Shown: piece after piece, positions 1 to 9,181 of the stretch
Layout: each line of letters opens with the position of its first letter
How positions within the stretch are numbered: the stretch's first letter is position 1
Source of the DNA: an uncultured Verrucomicrobiae bacterium
Lineage (GTDB): Bacteria; Chlamydiota; Chlamydiia; Chlamydiales; Rhabdochlamydiaceae
DNA length: 16,699 bases
Direction: 5' to 3'
Assembly: GCA_963813135.1 (NCBI GenBank)
Contig: CAWEXY010000005.1
Location: 1 to 16,699 of the forward strand
The notes under the pieces: generated by a model
The model's input: the letters and a program-made list of their open reading frames with translations, nothing else
Database searches by the model: none
What the model was told of the DNA's origin: nothing
Translations under genes and position numbers: made by a program

Positions 1-551
1 GAATAGATGTGCACGCGAGGCTGCAGCAATACCCAAGGCGTAGGACAGTTGATCCGCTTCACGTCTTTGGGCAGGTCCCCTTTCCATCCGGGCCCGACGA
101 GAGCAAACTTGCCGCCTTTGTAGCCTGTCGTTTTACCGCCCACGTAGGCAAAGGCGTTCGTCCACATATCGACGATCTCGACCATGTAATAACGACCGTC
201 CGAATCAGGCGCCTCCAAAATAATCGGATCCTCTCTTAGATCCATGAAACCAAAACCATATATCACATTGACATTGGGCGTGACATAACCGGCTACCTTC
301 GATAATTCAGGAGTGGAAACGTCTTCCATCCGCCAAATGGTATTGGGCCGTGCTATGGCGTAGGACCCCAAGGCATCATGGGCGCGTAGGGCGTACATCG
401 TTACCAAGGGCCCGCCCCATGTCGCCGCTTGCAATGCCAAGGAATAGCTCCATTCTTTTACAGTCTGCGATTGAAGGGGGGTCATTTTTTCTTCAGCTAT
501 GGCTGGGACCATCTGTGCAAAAAGGAGTATAGCCGCGCAAGTTTTATACAT
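1..551 (-). CDS. DUF1254 (DUF1254/DUF1214-type) exported protein, 3'-truncated by the window edge
   Basis: Not in the ORF track because there is no stop in the window. Manual translation from ATG 551 gives MYKTCAAILLFAQMVPAIAEEK... (signal-peptide-like), then TPNVNVIYGFGFMDLREDPIILEAPDSDGRYYMVEIVDMWTNAFAYVGGKTTGYKGGKFALVGPGWKGDLP, the typical DUF1254 pattern. The start overlaps the hydrolase stop by 8 nt. Confidence 0.82.
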   Translation of the reverse strand, partial: MYKTCAAILLFAQMVPAIAEEKMTPLQSQTVKEWSYSLALQAATWGGPLVTMYALRAHDALGSYAIARPNTIWRMEDVSTPELSKVAGYVTPNVNVIYGFGFMDLREDPIILEAPDSDGRYYMVEIVDMWTNAFAYVGGKTTGYKGGKFALVGPGWKGDLPKDVKRINCPTPWVLLQPRVHIY

Positions 552-1311
552 GCGATTTACACCCGCAGAGAAAATTTTCGACCAGGCTTGCAAGGTAAAT
601 AGGAGCTTCCTGCGGGGGAAAATGTCCGGCGCCTTCGCAACGCTGCAACGATGCATTCGGATACCAAACAAGAAAAGTCTTTCGCATAAGCTCTTCCGAT
701 CCTTCCATATCATGCTCTCCAAAGATCACGAGCATCGGCGTTTTAAGCCCTTTGACCTTATCGGAAAAATCGGTATTAGAAAACATCTGCAAAAAGCCAA
801 AGCGCGCCTCTGACGTAGAGCAGTTCCGCCAACTCTGCACCATACGTTTCACCACAAAGTCGTTATATCTCCGACCCGTTGACAGACGAATGCACTCCAT
901 ACCAAAATCATCATTGCCCAGCGCTGCCGCTTCCAAAAATCCCATGATTTCGGGGGATGCCGGCAAGCCACACGCGGGTGCCGGCGTAATTGCAATAATA
1001 CTTTTGAGTTGGGAGGTGTAATCAAGAGCCATTTTTTGCGCAATCATTCCAGACATGGAATGGCCCATCACGTGGAACTCCTTCCATCCTAACGAACTGG
1101 CGACCTTCATCGCATCTTGGGAAGCCTCTTCCACTGTGTAAGATCCTTTAATATCTTTAGACATTCCGTAGCCACGCAGGTCCATAAAGGCGTAGGTATA
1201 TTGATCCGTGTCAAAGTAAGGCATCATCGGCTCATAACTGGTACAGTCACAAAACCAATTGTGCATCACTAAAACTTTTTCTGGGCCAGAACCTAATAAT
1301 TTGTAGTTCAT
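544..1311 (-). CDS. alpha/beta-fold hydrolase (esterase/lactonase-like)
   Basis: Nucleophile elbow GHSMSG, DLRGYG motif, VIFGEHD acid, GAGHF catalytic His. The oxyanion loop is HNW rather than HGx. Confidence 0.9.
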   Translation of the reverse strand: MNYKLLGSGPEKVLVMHNWFCDCTSYEPMMPYFDTDQYTYAFMDLRGYGMSKDIKGSYTVEEASQDAMKVASSLGWKEFHVMGHSMSGMIAQKMALDYTSQLKSIIAITPAPACGLPASPEIMGFLEAAALGNDDFGMECIRLSTGRRYNDFVVKRMVQSWRNCSTSEARFGFLQMFSNTDFSDKVKGLKTPMLVIFGEHDMEGSEELMRKTFLVWYPNASLQRCEGAGHFPPQEAPIYLASLVENFLCGCKSHV

Positions 1312-1338
1312 TTTTTCTCCAGGGCTTAGTTGTCGTGT

Positions 1339-2439
1339 TCAGGCAAGAATAGGCGCAGGCTTCTTGTTTAAAAATTTAACCGAAAGTTGATATACTTTCC
1401 TCTCAATAAAGAAAAAATATAGGAAGGCTACAAGAAGGGAAAAGGCCATTAAAGCCAGCATCATACTAACAGTCATCGTAAGCCCCCACTTTTGAAAAAG
1501 CCGTCTTGCACCATTGAAAATCGGCTGGTGAATTAAATATATCGAAAAGGAGGCCTCTCCCAAAAACACCAGGATTTTGTTGTTCAAAAAGCGGCGCGCA
1601 CTACTGCCATTGCCTAAGCAGCATAACAACATCAAAACACTGAAAATAGCCGGAAGGGTAGAATATAAATAGATGGCATATGGAGAAAAATAATATCTGC
1701 ACATCGCAATAGTCAGTATTGACGCCAACATTACGATGAGGGGATTCATTTTGAATTTTGAAAAGGCTGCCGGGTTCTTAAAATAGGACCTGCATAGCAA
1801 AATGCCCAACAAAAATTCTGGCAATCTAAAGATGGGGAATACAAAAAAGAGCCAATGGGCAAATGGCTTAATGCTGAATATAACCCAGACCGTTTCCAGC
1901 AATAGCTTAGCCCCGCAAAGGCTTAAAAAAAGGATCCATAAGCTCTTTGTTGACTGTTTTCTTAGGAAAATGAAAGAGAGATAGAAAAACCATTCAACCG
2001 ATAGAGTCCAGGTGACCCCATTGAAACAAAAATTAATCGAGCGGTCGGGAATAAATGATTGTAGAAGAGTTAAATTTAAGACAGCTTTGGCAATATAATG
2101 GAAAAAATTTTCCCCTGCCACCAATGGCAGCACAAAAGTGAACCCTGCTATCGTCAGTGAAACTATCCAATGATTAGGAAATACTCGCGATAGTCTTTTG
2201 ATGAGATACGATTTCCATCCGGACCAATTCTGAGAAGCGTAACAAATAACAAATCCGCTGAGAATAAAGAAAAAGGAAACGATTCCACGTCCAGTATGCA
2301 AAATATATTTATCAAGAAATACGATAAACGAATTGTTTGTATAAAGCCCTAAGTTTAGATGATGAATAACTACGAGCAGGGTACAAAATAACCTAATCGA
2401 AGTGAGGCTATCAATTCTCGGATAATTTTCCTGCGGCAT
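1339..2439 (-). CDS. Acyltransferase-3 (OafA/YrhL-like) integral membrane O-acyltransferase
   Basis: RIDSLTSIR, VSFFFILSGF, KRLSRVFP, WTLSVEWFFY, GEASFSIYLIHQP and IER motifs; many TM segments. ATG 2439 is preferred over TTG 2445. Confidence 0.9.
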   Translation of the reverse strand: MPQENYPRIDSLTSIRLFCTLLVVIHHLNLGLYTNNSFIVFLDKYILHTGRGIVSFFFILSGFVICYASQNWSGWKSYLIKRLSRVFPNHWIVSLTIAGFTFVLPLVAGENFFHYIAKAVLNLTLLQSFIPDRSINFCFNGVTWTLSVEWFFYLSFIFLRKQSTKSLWILFLSLCGAKLLLETVWVIFSIKPFAHWLFFVFPIFRLPEFLLGILLCRSYFKNPAAFSKFKMNPLIVMLASILTIAMCRYYFSPYAIYLYSTLPAIFSVLMLLCCLGNGSSARRFLNNKILVFLGEASFSIYLIHQPIFNGARRLFQKWGLTMTVSMMLALMAFSLLVAFLYFFFIERKVYQLSVKFLNKKPAPILA

Positions 2440-2445
2440 TCTCAA

Positions 2446-3174
2446 TTAGGGAAAAAACCTTCTATATTCAGCGATACAAGCTCGAATAGGCAGATTACCG
2501 TTAAATTCTATCAATACATTCTTATTTTTATAGTATTCGACTGTTTCTATCAGATAGGGTTCGTACGTGTCGATCCTATTCTTGGCATTTACTGCATTGT
2601 CTGTATCCCTTTGCGCGAGAGGGCTGCCGCATAAGTCGCAAAGGCCCACCTTTTGAGGAGGAAATGACTTTAAATTGTAAATGTAATGACATTGACTGCA
2701 AGTTCTTCTATTTAAAATTCTTTGAAGACACTCATCTTTATTAGTATTTATATAAACAAAAATAGGGGATATATTCATATTTTCGTGTAAAAGCCCATCA
2801 AGATGCTGTGCCTGCTCTAAAGTTCTTATATGCCCATCTAAAATATAGACTTGGGGAGGCGAGGAATTAATCTTTCTTACTAAATCGGCTGTAACTTCTT
2901 TTACAACACCGATCGCTAAAATCCCATAAACTCGAATTTCCTCTTTCCATCTAAGGCCAACATCAGTCCCATTTCGGAACTCATTTCGTAAAAAATCACC
3001 AAGAGAAATATGAACAAAACCTTTATCGTTCAAGGATTGAGCAAAAGTGCCCTTGCCGGCACCCGGATGGCCTAGCACGACGATGACAGTAGATTTTTCT
3101 GTTGCAGCAGATGTCGAAAGGAAAAAAACTATAAATACAAACAAGAAACGAATAAAAAAGAAATTGTTTCTCAT
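2446..3174 (-). CDS. Adenylate-kinase-family NMP kinase with an N-terminal signal/anchor sequence
   Basis: P-loop GHPGAGKGT, HISLGDFLR, LDGHIRT (cf. LDGFPRT), zinc-type LID CSQC...CDLC. The N-terminus MRNNFFFIRFLFVFIVFFLSTSAA is hydrophobic. ATG 3174 is preferred over TTG 3198. Confidence 0.85.
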   Translation of the reverse strand: MRNNFFFIRFLFVFIVFFLSTSAATEKSTVIVVLGHPGAGKGTFAQSLNDKGFVHISLGDFLRNEFRNGTDVGLRWKEEIRVYGILAIGVVKEVTADLVRKINSSPPQVYILDGHIRTLEQAQHLDGLLHENMNISPIFVYINTNKDECLQRILNRRTCSQCHYIYNLKSFPPQKVGLCDLCGSPLAQRDTDNAVNAKNRIDTYEPYLIETVEYYKNKNVLIEFNGNLPIRACIAEYRRFFP

Positions 3175-3207
3175 AGAAGAAGCTCTTCGTTGACTCAATT
3201 TAGTTTA

Positions 3208-4236
3208 TTAGAAATCAGCGCCCCTTTCCCAATCCTTTAGGAAAGTGCTAAAAACGGGGTTAATATAATCATCGGATTGAGTGATAAGGCCTAATTCTCT
3301 AGTATAATCAATACTGTTGGTAAAGATATTACAAGACCCAAAATACATTTTCTTGAGCTCATCATCATCGATATCAATCATAATAACTTTTGAGTGAATA
3401 AAAGGTTCTCGAACAATCCTAATCTCTGCCCCAAAACGAGCAATCATTTTAAAATAATAGCTTGTATTAAGAGATTGCTCATTGAAACCAAAAAAATGAG
3501 GAGTATTGAGCACGAACACCTTCACGGATTTTTGCAGCAAGCCCTGTATAATCGAACAAATAGACTTGTCATTAAAATCTGACGCATAAATGTGTATGGA
3601 TTTTTTCGAGCTTAACAGCAATTCTTCTAAGGCCTTGCGTTGGTTCTCTGGACCAACAACAAAACCTAATCTTTCAAGCTGCTGCCCTTGATGTTCTAGA
3701 TTATTATAATCTCTAAAGAAAAAATCCCTTAGCGCATCGACCTTTTCCTTATCTGAGATTGTGAAACAAAAGTCACGTTTTTCGCATTTTGGAGAAGTTG
3801 CGATAAAGGCTAAATCATCTGCTACTAGCAGCTTGGGGTGATTGATATAGTATTTTCTATTTAAATAGTGAGGATAGATATTGTTATCGGTAAGAGTGTT
3901 TAGAAATTCAATATCTCTTTGAAGTCTCTCTTTCATGTTTTTTAAGGTTTGAATATCTGTGCCAAATTTCTTGGAGAGCAAAGTATAATCTGAGCCAACT
4001 TCAAAAAAGGGATTCGTTATTAACATGTGGACCTTCACTCCCCTATTGCGCGCATGGACAACCTCTTCCGCAAATTCTTGAGTGGGTATAGATAAAGCTG
4101 AGAAAGCAATGATTTCCTTGGCTTTTTTTAAACACTCCATTACGAAATCGGTATTCATTTCGGGGTGTATAAGAACTTTCGGGATGGAGTTAACATCTGA
4201 ATTATCAAAGCATGTTGGGCAAGACAAGGTTTTCAT
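3208..4236 (-). CDS. Phospholipase D superfamily protein (two HKD motifs)
   Basis: HPKLLVAD and HSKVIMID...GSCN, followed by RELGLI. Confidence 0.85.
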   Translation of the reverse strand: MKTLSCPTCFDNSDVNSIPKVLIHPEMNTDFVMECLKKAKEIIAFSALSIPTQEFAEEVVHARNRGVKVHMLITNPFFEVGSDYTLLSKKFGTDIQTLKNMKERLQRDIEFLNTLTDNNIYPHYLNRKYYINHPKLLVADDLAFIATSPKCEKRDFCFTISDKEKVDALRDFFFRDYNNLEHQGQQLERLGFVVGPENQRKALEELLLSSKKSIHIYASDFNDKSICSIIQGLLQKSVKVFVLNTPHFFGFNEQSLNTSYYFKMIARFGAEIRIVREPFIHSKVIMIDIDDDELKKMYFGSCNIFTNSIDYTRELGLITQSDDYINPVFSTFLKDWERGADF

Positions 4237-4284
4237 TGACTTAATCCATTTAACTATAACGGATAATTGCTAATCTTATCAAGA

Positions 4285-5100
4285 TTAACTGCCTGTGGAG
4301 CAGTAGCGTCGAACGCCAAAACGCCAAAACTGACAGGCTAGAAAAAGAAACACTATACCGGCAGCGGGTGCTATGACGCCCAGCCAAAAAGGAATTACCT
4401 CATGCTGCAGCAGAGCCGCAATAGGATAATAAGCAATGCATGCAAGAGGGATCAGAAAAGTAAAAATAAGACGATATAATTGATTATAAACACTCATCGG
4501 ATATTGTCCTGCCTGTAGACCTCCATAGGTGGCAATATTCATAAGCTCAAGGGCTTCAATGGTCCAGAAGGAGATCGTAGCCTGCATAATAAAGAGGCCG
4601 TAGAATAGGCTAGCTGCGCCCAGCACAGAAAAAAAGATAATCAAACTTTGTATGGAAAATAGGGTAAATGAGAGTTCATGAGCGCTCCAAATCAAGACGA
4701 TCAGGCCTTGCAAAAAGCGACCTATACGCATCACCTGCACATCACGGACAGCCATTTGAAATAATGAACTCATGGGCCGCAGAAGAACCCGATCAAACTC
4801 TCCTTGCTTGATCATTTGGCTGAATGTGTCAAAACCACGAGCAAAAGCTTCGGCAAAGGCAAATCCTATCTGGACAATGCCATAAATCAGTCCCACCTCA
4901 AACAGGGTCCAGCCTTGAACCATTTTGAATCGATCGAATAAAACCCAGATCCCTAATATGTCAATGAATGTTCCAAAAAAATAACTCATCGACAGCATCA
5001 AAAAGGAGGCAGGATATTGTAACTGCGAACGGATAGGAACAGCAAGAAGTTTCCAAAAGAGCATCCCATTAAGTTTAACACAAGCCCAATTACGGGGCAT
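4285..5100 (-). CDS. ABC-2 type transporter permease (ABC2_membrane_6/DUF990-like)
   Basis: QYPASF, GWTLFEV, GEFDRVLLRP, YPMSVY, PLACIAYYP and RRYCSTGS end; about 6 TM segments. Alternative ATG at 5064. Confidence 0.88.
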   Translation of the reverse strand: MPRNWACVKLNGMLFWKLLAVPIRSQLQYPASFLMLSMSYFFGTFIDILGIWVLFDRFKMVQGWTLFEVGLIYGIVQIGFAFAEAFARGFDTFSQMIKQGEFDRVLLRPMSSLFQMAVRDVQVMRIGRFLQGLIVLIWSAHELSFTLFSIQSLIIFFSVLGAASLFYGLFIMQATISFWTIEALELMNIATYGGLQAGQYPMSVYNQLYRLIFTFLIPLACIAYYPIAALLQHEVIPFWLGVIAPAAGIVFLFLACQFWRFGVRRYCSTGS

Positions 5101-5118
5101 CTTCCTAGAGAATACAGG

Positions 5119-6210
5119 TTATGAAGAAAAAGGCTTAGATAGAGGGAGCCTTTGGAGAAAATAGGATTTTTGTTTTCTTATATAGTCGTCGTCTATTGCA
5201 TGGCGATTTAATATAGAAACAACCTCCTCAACATCATCAACCTTCAAGAATAAAGCCAAAAACTGACTTGTGTAGAATATAAAAAAGACAAAATCCGAAT
5301 AATCATGAAAATGTTTGAAATTAGATGGATAGACATGCAACTGAAGCCCCTCGTTTTTGCATAACTGTAACAAAGGTTCATTTACATCCCATAAAACGCA
5401 ATCAACTCCAACAAACTTGTTTTCATTTATTGAAACTTTCAATGAATTCAAGAATTCGGCGTTATAAAACATACGGTTTTTTACAAGATATTTATCATCG
5501 GTATTCTCCAATCCGAAAATTTGTTTTGTATTAATCTGGGGCACAATTTTTATATGCCTATCATTATCTACTCTCATCTCGATCAGCTTTTTCAGTGTTT
5601 GTTCACTAGAAGAAGTGAAATATATAACATCAAAATCTATCGTGGAGGCTGGTTCATTTTTGACTCGGTCCTCTATCCACTCGATGCATTTAGTCGCAAC
5701 AGAAGGACTTTTAATATCAATATTCAGGATGAGCGGCTTTTGCCCTAATTCAGCACGTATAGAATTTGCTTCTTCAACTAGATCGAAAACTTCCATGAGC
5801 TTGGGAGCCTTCTGACCATCTGGGCCGACAGACCACCCTAAAAGATCTGACAAATTCTTTTTACTTACGCAGAAACTATCTTGGGTTTCCTTTTCTGGTA
5901 ATGCAAGACCATCTCTATCCATTCCATAAACGTTTTTCCACAACTCATCGTCATGAATTACTAAAAGGTGTCCGTCTTTTGTCTCAAAAACATCCATTTC
6001 TATGCCATCAGCACCCAAGATAATTGCTTGTTTGAAAGATTCAATCGTATTTTCTGGCATCGCATCAGCAAAACCTTGATTTGATAAACCCATACCTCGA
6101 TGTCCGATGATATAAAGCTGCGTAGGCAGCAAAGACTTTTGGGAAATGCAGCCTTCCATCTTTTCAATTTCAGCTGGAGAAAACATTATTCCGGGAAAGC
6201 GTAATTTCAC
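5119..6210 (-). CDS. Glycerophosphodiester phosphodiesterase (GDPD) family protein
   Basis: [40 protein letters not shown]. The GTG start overlaps the nudI TGA (GTGA). Confidence 0.88.
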   Translation of the reverse strand: MKLRFPGIMFSPAEIEKMEGCISQKSLLPTQLYIIGHRGMGLSNQGFADAMPENTIESFKQAIILGADGIEMDVFETKDGHLLVIHDDELWKNVYGMDRDGLALPEKETQDSFCVSKKNLSDLLGWSVGPDGQKAPKLMEVFDLVEEANSIRAELGQKPLILNIDIKSPSVATKCIEWIEDRVKNEPASTIDFDVIYFTSSSEQTLKKLIEMRVDNDRHIKIVPQINTKQIFGLENTDDKYLVKNRMFYNAEFLNSLKVSINENKFVGVDCVLWDVNEPLLQLCKNEGLQLHVYPSNFKHFHDYSDFVFFIFYTSQFLALFLKVDDVEEVVSILNRHAIDDDYIRKQKSYFLQRLPLSKPFSS

Positions 6211-6689
6211 TGAACTAGCTCTTCTGCAGGAACAGTGGCGAGTGGAACTGAGAGCCCGCTTGGTAAAAAGCCTTTTTGCACAAACGTCCGACGGGTCGCC
6301 GCGTTTAAATCATAGTCTTTTAAATTGTCAGCTGGCACCCATGCGTATTCAACAAACTCCTCATTATGCTCGATGTCGTCGTTTTCAGCTAAGCAATCAA
6401 AAATTAAATAGATCATATAGACCCATTCTTTTGTCCCATCCGCATGAATCTTTTCACGCACATCATCCCTAAATGTCCAAGGAACAATTTCAGAAATGCG
6501 AAGGGCGCTTCCCAGCTCCTCCGCGATTTCTCGATGGAGAGCTTCTAACATTTTTTCACCAGGCTCGATTCCGCCACCTGGGCAACACCACTGCCCTGGA
6601 TAAACTCCCCTATTGGGGGGCATTTTGCAGATTAGATATTCGTCACGAACATTGCGTATAAGGGGACAAACGATCACGCGCGTCCTCAT
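6207..6689 (-). CDS. nudI: Nudix nucleoside triphosphatase NudI (YfaO)-like
   Basis: [11 protein letters not shown]...LICKM...RGVYPGQW, Nudix box [46 protein letters not shown] and YDLN.ATR, all recalled features of enterobacterial NudI. An AGGAG lies 7 nt before ATG 6689. Confidence 0.85.
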   Translation of the reverse strand: MRTRVIVCPLIRNVRDEYLICKMPPNRGVYPGQWCCPGGGIEPGEKMLEALHREIAEELGSALRISEIVPWTFRDDVREKIHADGTKEWVYMIYLIFDCLAENDDIEHNEEFVEYAWVPADNLKDYDLNAATRRTFVQKGFLPSGLSVPLATVPAEELVQ

Positions 6690-7212
6690 CGACATTCTCC
6701 TGGTAGTTTTTATGACAGATCATCAGCGCCATATTATCCACTTTCTTCCAAAAGCGAAATCCCGCTTTCTCATAAGCGCGAATAGCGGCGGCGTTAGAGA
6801 CGTCAGGATCGACAAAACAGGCATCAAAATCATTCCAAACGCGTGTGGAGAGAATTTTTTTGATGCTCGATGATCCGTATCCTTTGCCCAGAACGGAAAC
6901 CTCTCCGATAAATATGTCGATGGCGGCCAGCCGCGGATGATCGATTTCATATCCTTCTCTAGGAAAGTGGCCTGCATTATAGTATTGGATGTATCCGATC
7001 GGCAGTTCATCTAGATAAATAATAAATGCATGCAGAGGTTTTTTCTCTTGTCCAATCCATTTATATCCTTCGATATAAGTTCCATATTTCCCTTGAACCA
7101 GGCTCTCGGTCCACACGGTGCCCCGATCCCAAAAATTTTGGACATGGGGCGCATTGAGCCAGAGAAGAAGAAGAGAAAGATGGTCTTGCCGCAACGGCTG
7201 GAAAGAAATCAT
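6643..7212 (-). CDS. GNAT N-acetyltransferase (AAC(6')-Ib/Acetyltransf_8-like)
   Basis: [28 protein letters not shown] and [18 protein letters not shown] motifs. ATGA overlap with the upstream carrier gene. Confidence 0.85.
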   Translation of the reverse strand: MISFQPLRQDHLSLLLLWLNAPHVQNFWDRGTVWTESLVQGKYGTYIEGYKWIGQEKKPLHAFIIYLDELPIGYIQYYNAGHFPREGYEIDHPRLAAIDIFIGEVSVLGKGYGSSSIKKILSTRVWNDFDACFVDPDVSNAAAIRAYEKAGFRFWKKVDNMALMICHKNYQENVDEDARDRLSPYTQCS

Positions 7213-7958
7213 AGCTTTTCTCTATTAAGGCAATCGATCAAAATAACACTGGCAACACTATTGACCACCCTTATGAAGGCGCTAAGCGGCAGTCCTCGAA
7301 GCAGCGTACGTGGAGCCTCATTGAAAAAAGTCAGTTTCACATTGTGCCCCATTTTTCTTGTGCTGGCAAGATCAAAGGGAGCCGAAGTTAAGCTCACGAG
7401 CAGAGCCGCACCTGTGCCCACGGCCGCCAGCTGCCCCACCGTCAACTTTTCTTGACCTGCATAGGCTAAATAGCGGCTCCGAAGGTCCTTTTGTGCCGTT
7501 AGAAACACCACCCAAGCGACAGTCAGCTTGGCCCAATGGGGCGCAAACCCTTGAAAGATCGAATAAGTTTTATTTTCTTTCGCTATAGAAACGATACGAC
7601 GTTGTTCAAGGGGAATGGAAACAACTGCGCTCGCTGTCCCAATGGTCAAACCCGTCACGGCCTGCTGGGTTAAGGGGCCCAGATCCCAGCGTTCTAGAAA
7701 GGAGGGCATTCCGACAACGATGGGCCAAGAAAGCGCCTTCAAGCATGTTTTACTAATCTCTTGCCCGAATCCATGATAAAAAACGCCGCAACCGTTTTTT
7801 TTGAAAAGCCGCCAAGCTATGTCATGGCCTCTTTCCTGATTACCTAGCTTTTGTTGGTGAATTTTCACAACCTCGAATGGATACAGGAACGTATCTACAA
7901 ATAAATTCCGCGCAAGCCCCAAAACGGAGCTAGATAGAGGATTGGAGTCCGAGCTCAT
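7209..7958 (-). CDS. Mitochondrial carrier family (SLC25/MCF)-like protein, ~249 aa
   Basis: Three repeats with the Px[DE]xx[KR] signature (YPFEVVK, IPLEQRR, degenerate APFDLAS), each preceded by a small-residue helix and followed by [YF]xG-like motifs (FYHG, IFQG, LLRG). ATG 7958 overlaps the MFS stop (ATGA). Confidence 0.78.
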   Translation of the reverse strand: MSSDSNPLSSSVLGLARNLFVDTFLYPFEVVKIHQQKLGNQERGHDIAWRLFKKNGCGVFYHGFGQEISKTCLKALSWPIVVGMPSFLERWDLGPLTQQAVTGLTIGTASAVVSIPLEQRRIVSIAKENKTYSIFQGFAPHWAKLTVAWVVFLTAQKDLRSRYLAYAGQEKLTVGQLAAVGTGAALLVSLTSAPFDLASTRKMGHNVKLTFFNEAPRTLLRGLPLSAFIRVVNSVASVILIDCLNREKL

Positions 7959-9181
7959 GCGGCCGCAAGCACCTGTTTTTTCTTCTTGGCAAACGCCAAA
8001 CATCCAAAACTGGCGATCGCAAGGGCCATCCAATACCAAGAAACGCTGGCTACCGTCCCCGTCTGTTTAAATAGCCAAAGAGAAATAGCGGCCGTTGGCC
8101 CGCCGAGCAGTTGCGAACCGAGGGCATATCCAAACGAAATGATCGCATATCGATGCGCCGTGGGAACCAGCTGCTGGGCCCATGCATGAAACGGGGCAAA
8201 AAAAGCGACGCCGAAGAAGACAAAACAAACTCTGACGCAAATGACCGTGAAAATGGAGGCGTTTTGCAGCGACGTCAGCAGCAGTGTTGCGGTGAGGGCA
8301 ACGCAAAGAGCCGTACCCATCATGAGCTTCTCCCGAGAGATTTTTGAGGCGACCCACCCAAAGAAAGGCAGAGCGCAAAAATCGAGTACGAGAAGACCTG
8401 TGTTCAGGCTCATCATATCGGTCTTGGAAAGGCCTGTAATGAGAGGAACAAAGCCGTTCATCAAAACGAGCGCCATCGTGTACGTGGCGTAAGCGAAGCC
8501 CGCCGTGACCACGATGAAAAATAGCGAACGCCTCTCCTGCCAAAAAACTTTGAGCAGGGAAGGCGTCTTAATGGGCGGCAAAAACGGCAGATGCCGCCGG
8601 ATCAGAAGTCCAAAAAGGCCTGTTACGCAGCCCAGAGCATAAAGAATGCGCCATCCTTGATCGATGATGTGGAAATACGAAATGGCCGCAACTCCTGCCG
8701 AAGCTAGTAAAATGCCCCCAATCGTCGACGCGCTGTAAATGCTGCTGATCATATCATGTTTTTTTTCAGGGGCGCCCTCGAGAACATAGATCGCGCCGCC
8801 CATCGTCTCACCGGAGGAAAAGAAATTTTGTAAAATTCTTCCTATGCAGAAGATCACGGGTGCGAGGAGGCCGGCCGTTGCAAAAGTCGGGCTGAGGGCG
8901 ATGCAAGCTGAAACGACCGCCATGCCGCCGAGCGTGAGAAAAAGGGCTTGTCTGCGCCCATAGGCATCTCCAATATAGCCAAAGACCAAGGAACCTATGG
9001 GGCGGGCAAGCATGCCGAGCGGGATCATCGCATACGTTAGAATGAGGGCCACGAGGGGCTCCTTATCGGGGAAAATAAGAGGCGCTAAAAAGGGGGTCAG
9101 AAAGCCAAAAAGAGCCGCGTCGTAATGCTCAAAGAGATTGCCGAAAACGGCGCTCCATAATCTTAATTTTGAAATACTCAT
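7955..9181 (-). CDS. MFS transporter, MHS/ProP-like family; probable thiamine or thiamine-precursor transporter
   Basis: GNLFEHYD, RPIGSLVFGYIGDAYGRR (motif A), RILQNFFSSGE; about 12 TM segments. Lies directly downstream of a TPP riboswitch, so the substrate is inferred. GGAG is 7 nt before ATG 9181; alternative GTG at 9187. Confidence 0.88.
   Translation of the reverse strand: MSISKLRLWSAVFGNLFEHYDAALFGFLTPFLAPLIFPDKEPLVALILTYAMIPLGMLARPIGSLVFGYIGDAYGRRQALFLTLGGMAVVSACIALSPTFATAGLLAPVIFCIGRILQNFFSSGETMGGAIYVLEGAPEKKHDMISSIYSASTIGGILLASAGVAAISYFHIIDQGWRILYALGCVTGLFGLLIRRHLPFLPPIKTPSLLKVFWQERRSLFFIVVTAGFAYATYTMALVLMNGFVPLITGLSKTDMMSLNTGLLVLDFCALPFFGWVASKISREKLMMGTALCVALTATLLLTSLQNASIFTVICVRVCFVFFGVAFFAPFHAWAQQLVPTAHRYAIISFGYALGSQLLGGPTAAISLWLFKQTGTVASVSWYWMALAIASFGCLAFAKKKKQVLAAA

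Noticed and set aside
9..532. Plus-strand ORFs 9..239 and 350..532
   Set aside because: They are antisense to the DUF1254 gene found on the minus strand.
6643..7212. Calling the GNAT an aminoglycoside-resistance gene (aac(6'))
   Set aside because: The family resemblance is real, but this subfamily has many non-resistance members and there is no integron or transposon context.
7959..8039. 27-aa N-terminal extension of the carrier ORF given in the track
   Set aside because: It lies inside the MFS coding region; ATG 7958 gives a canonical ATGA coupling.
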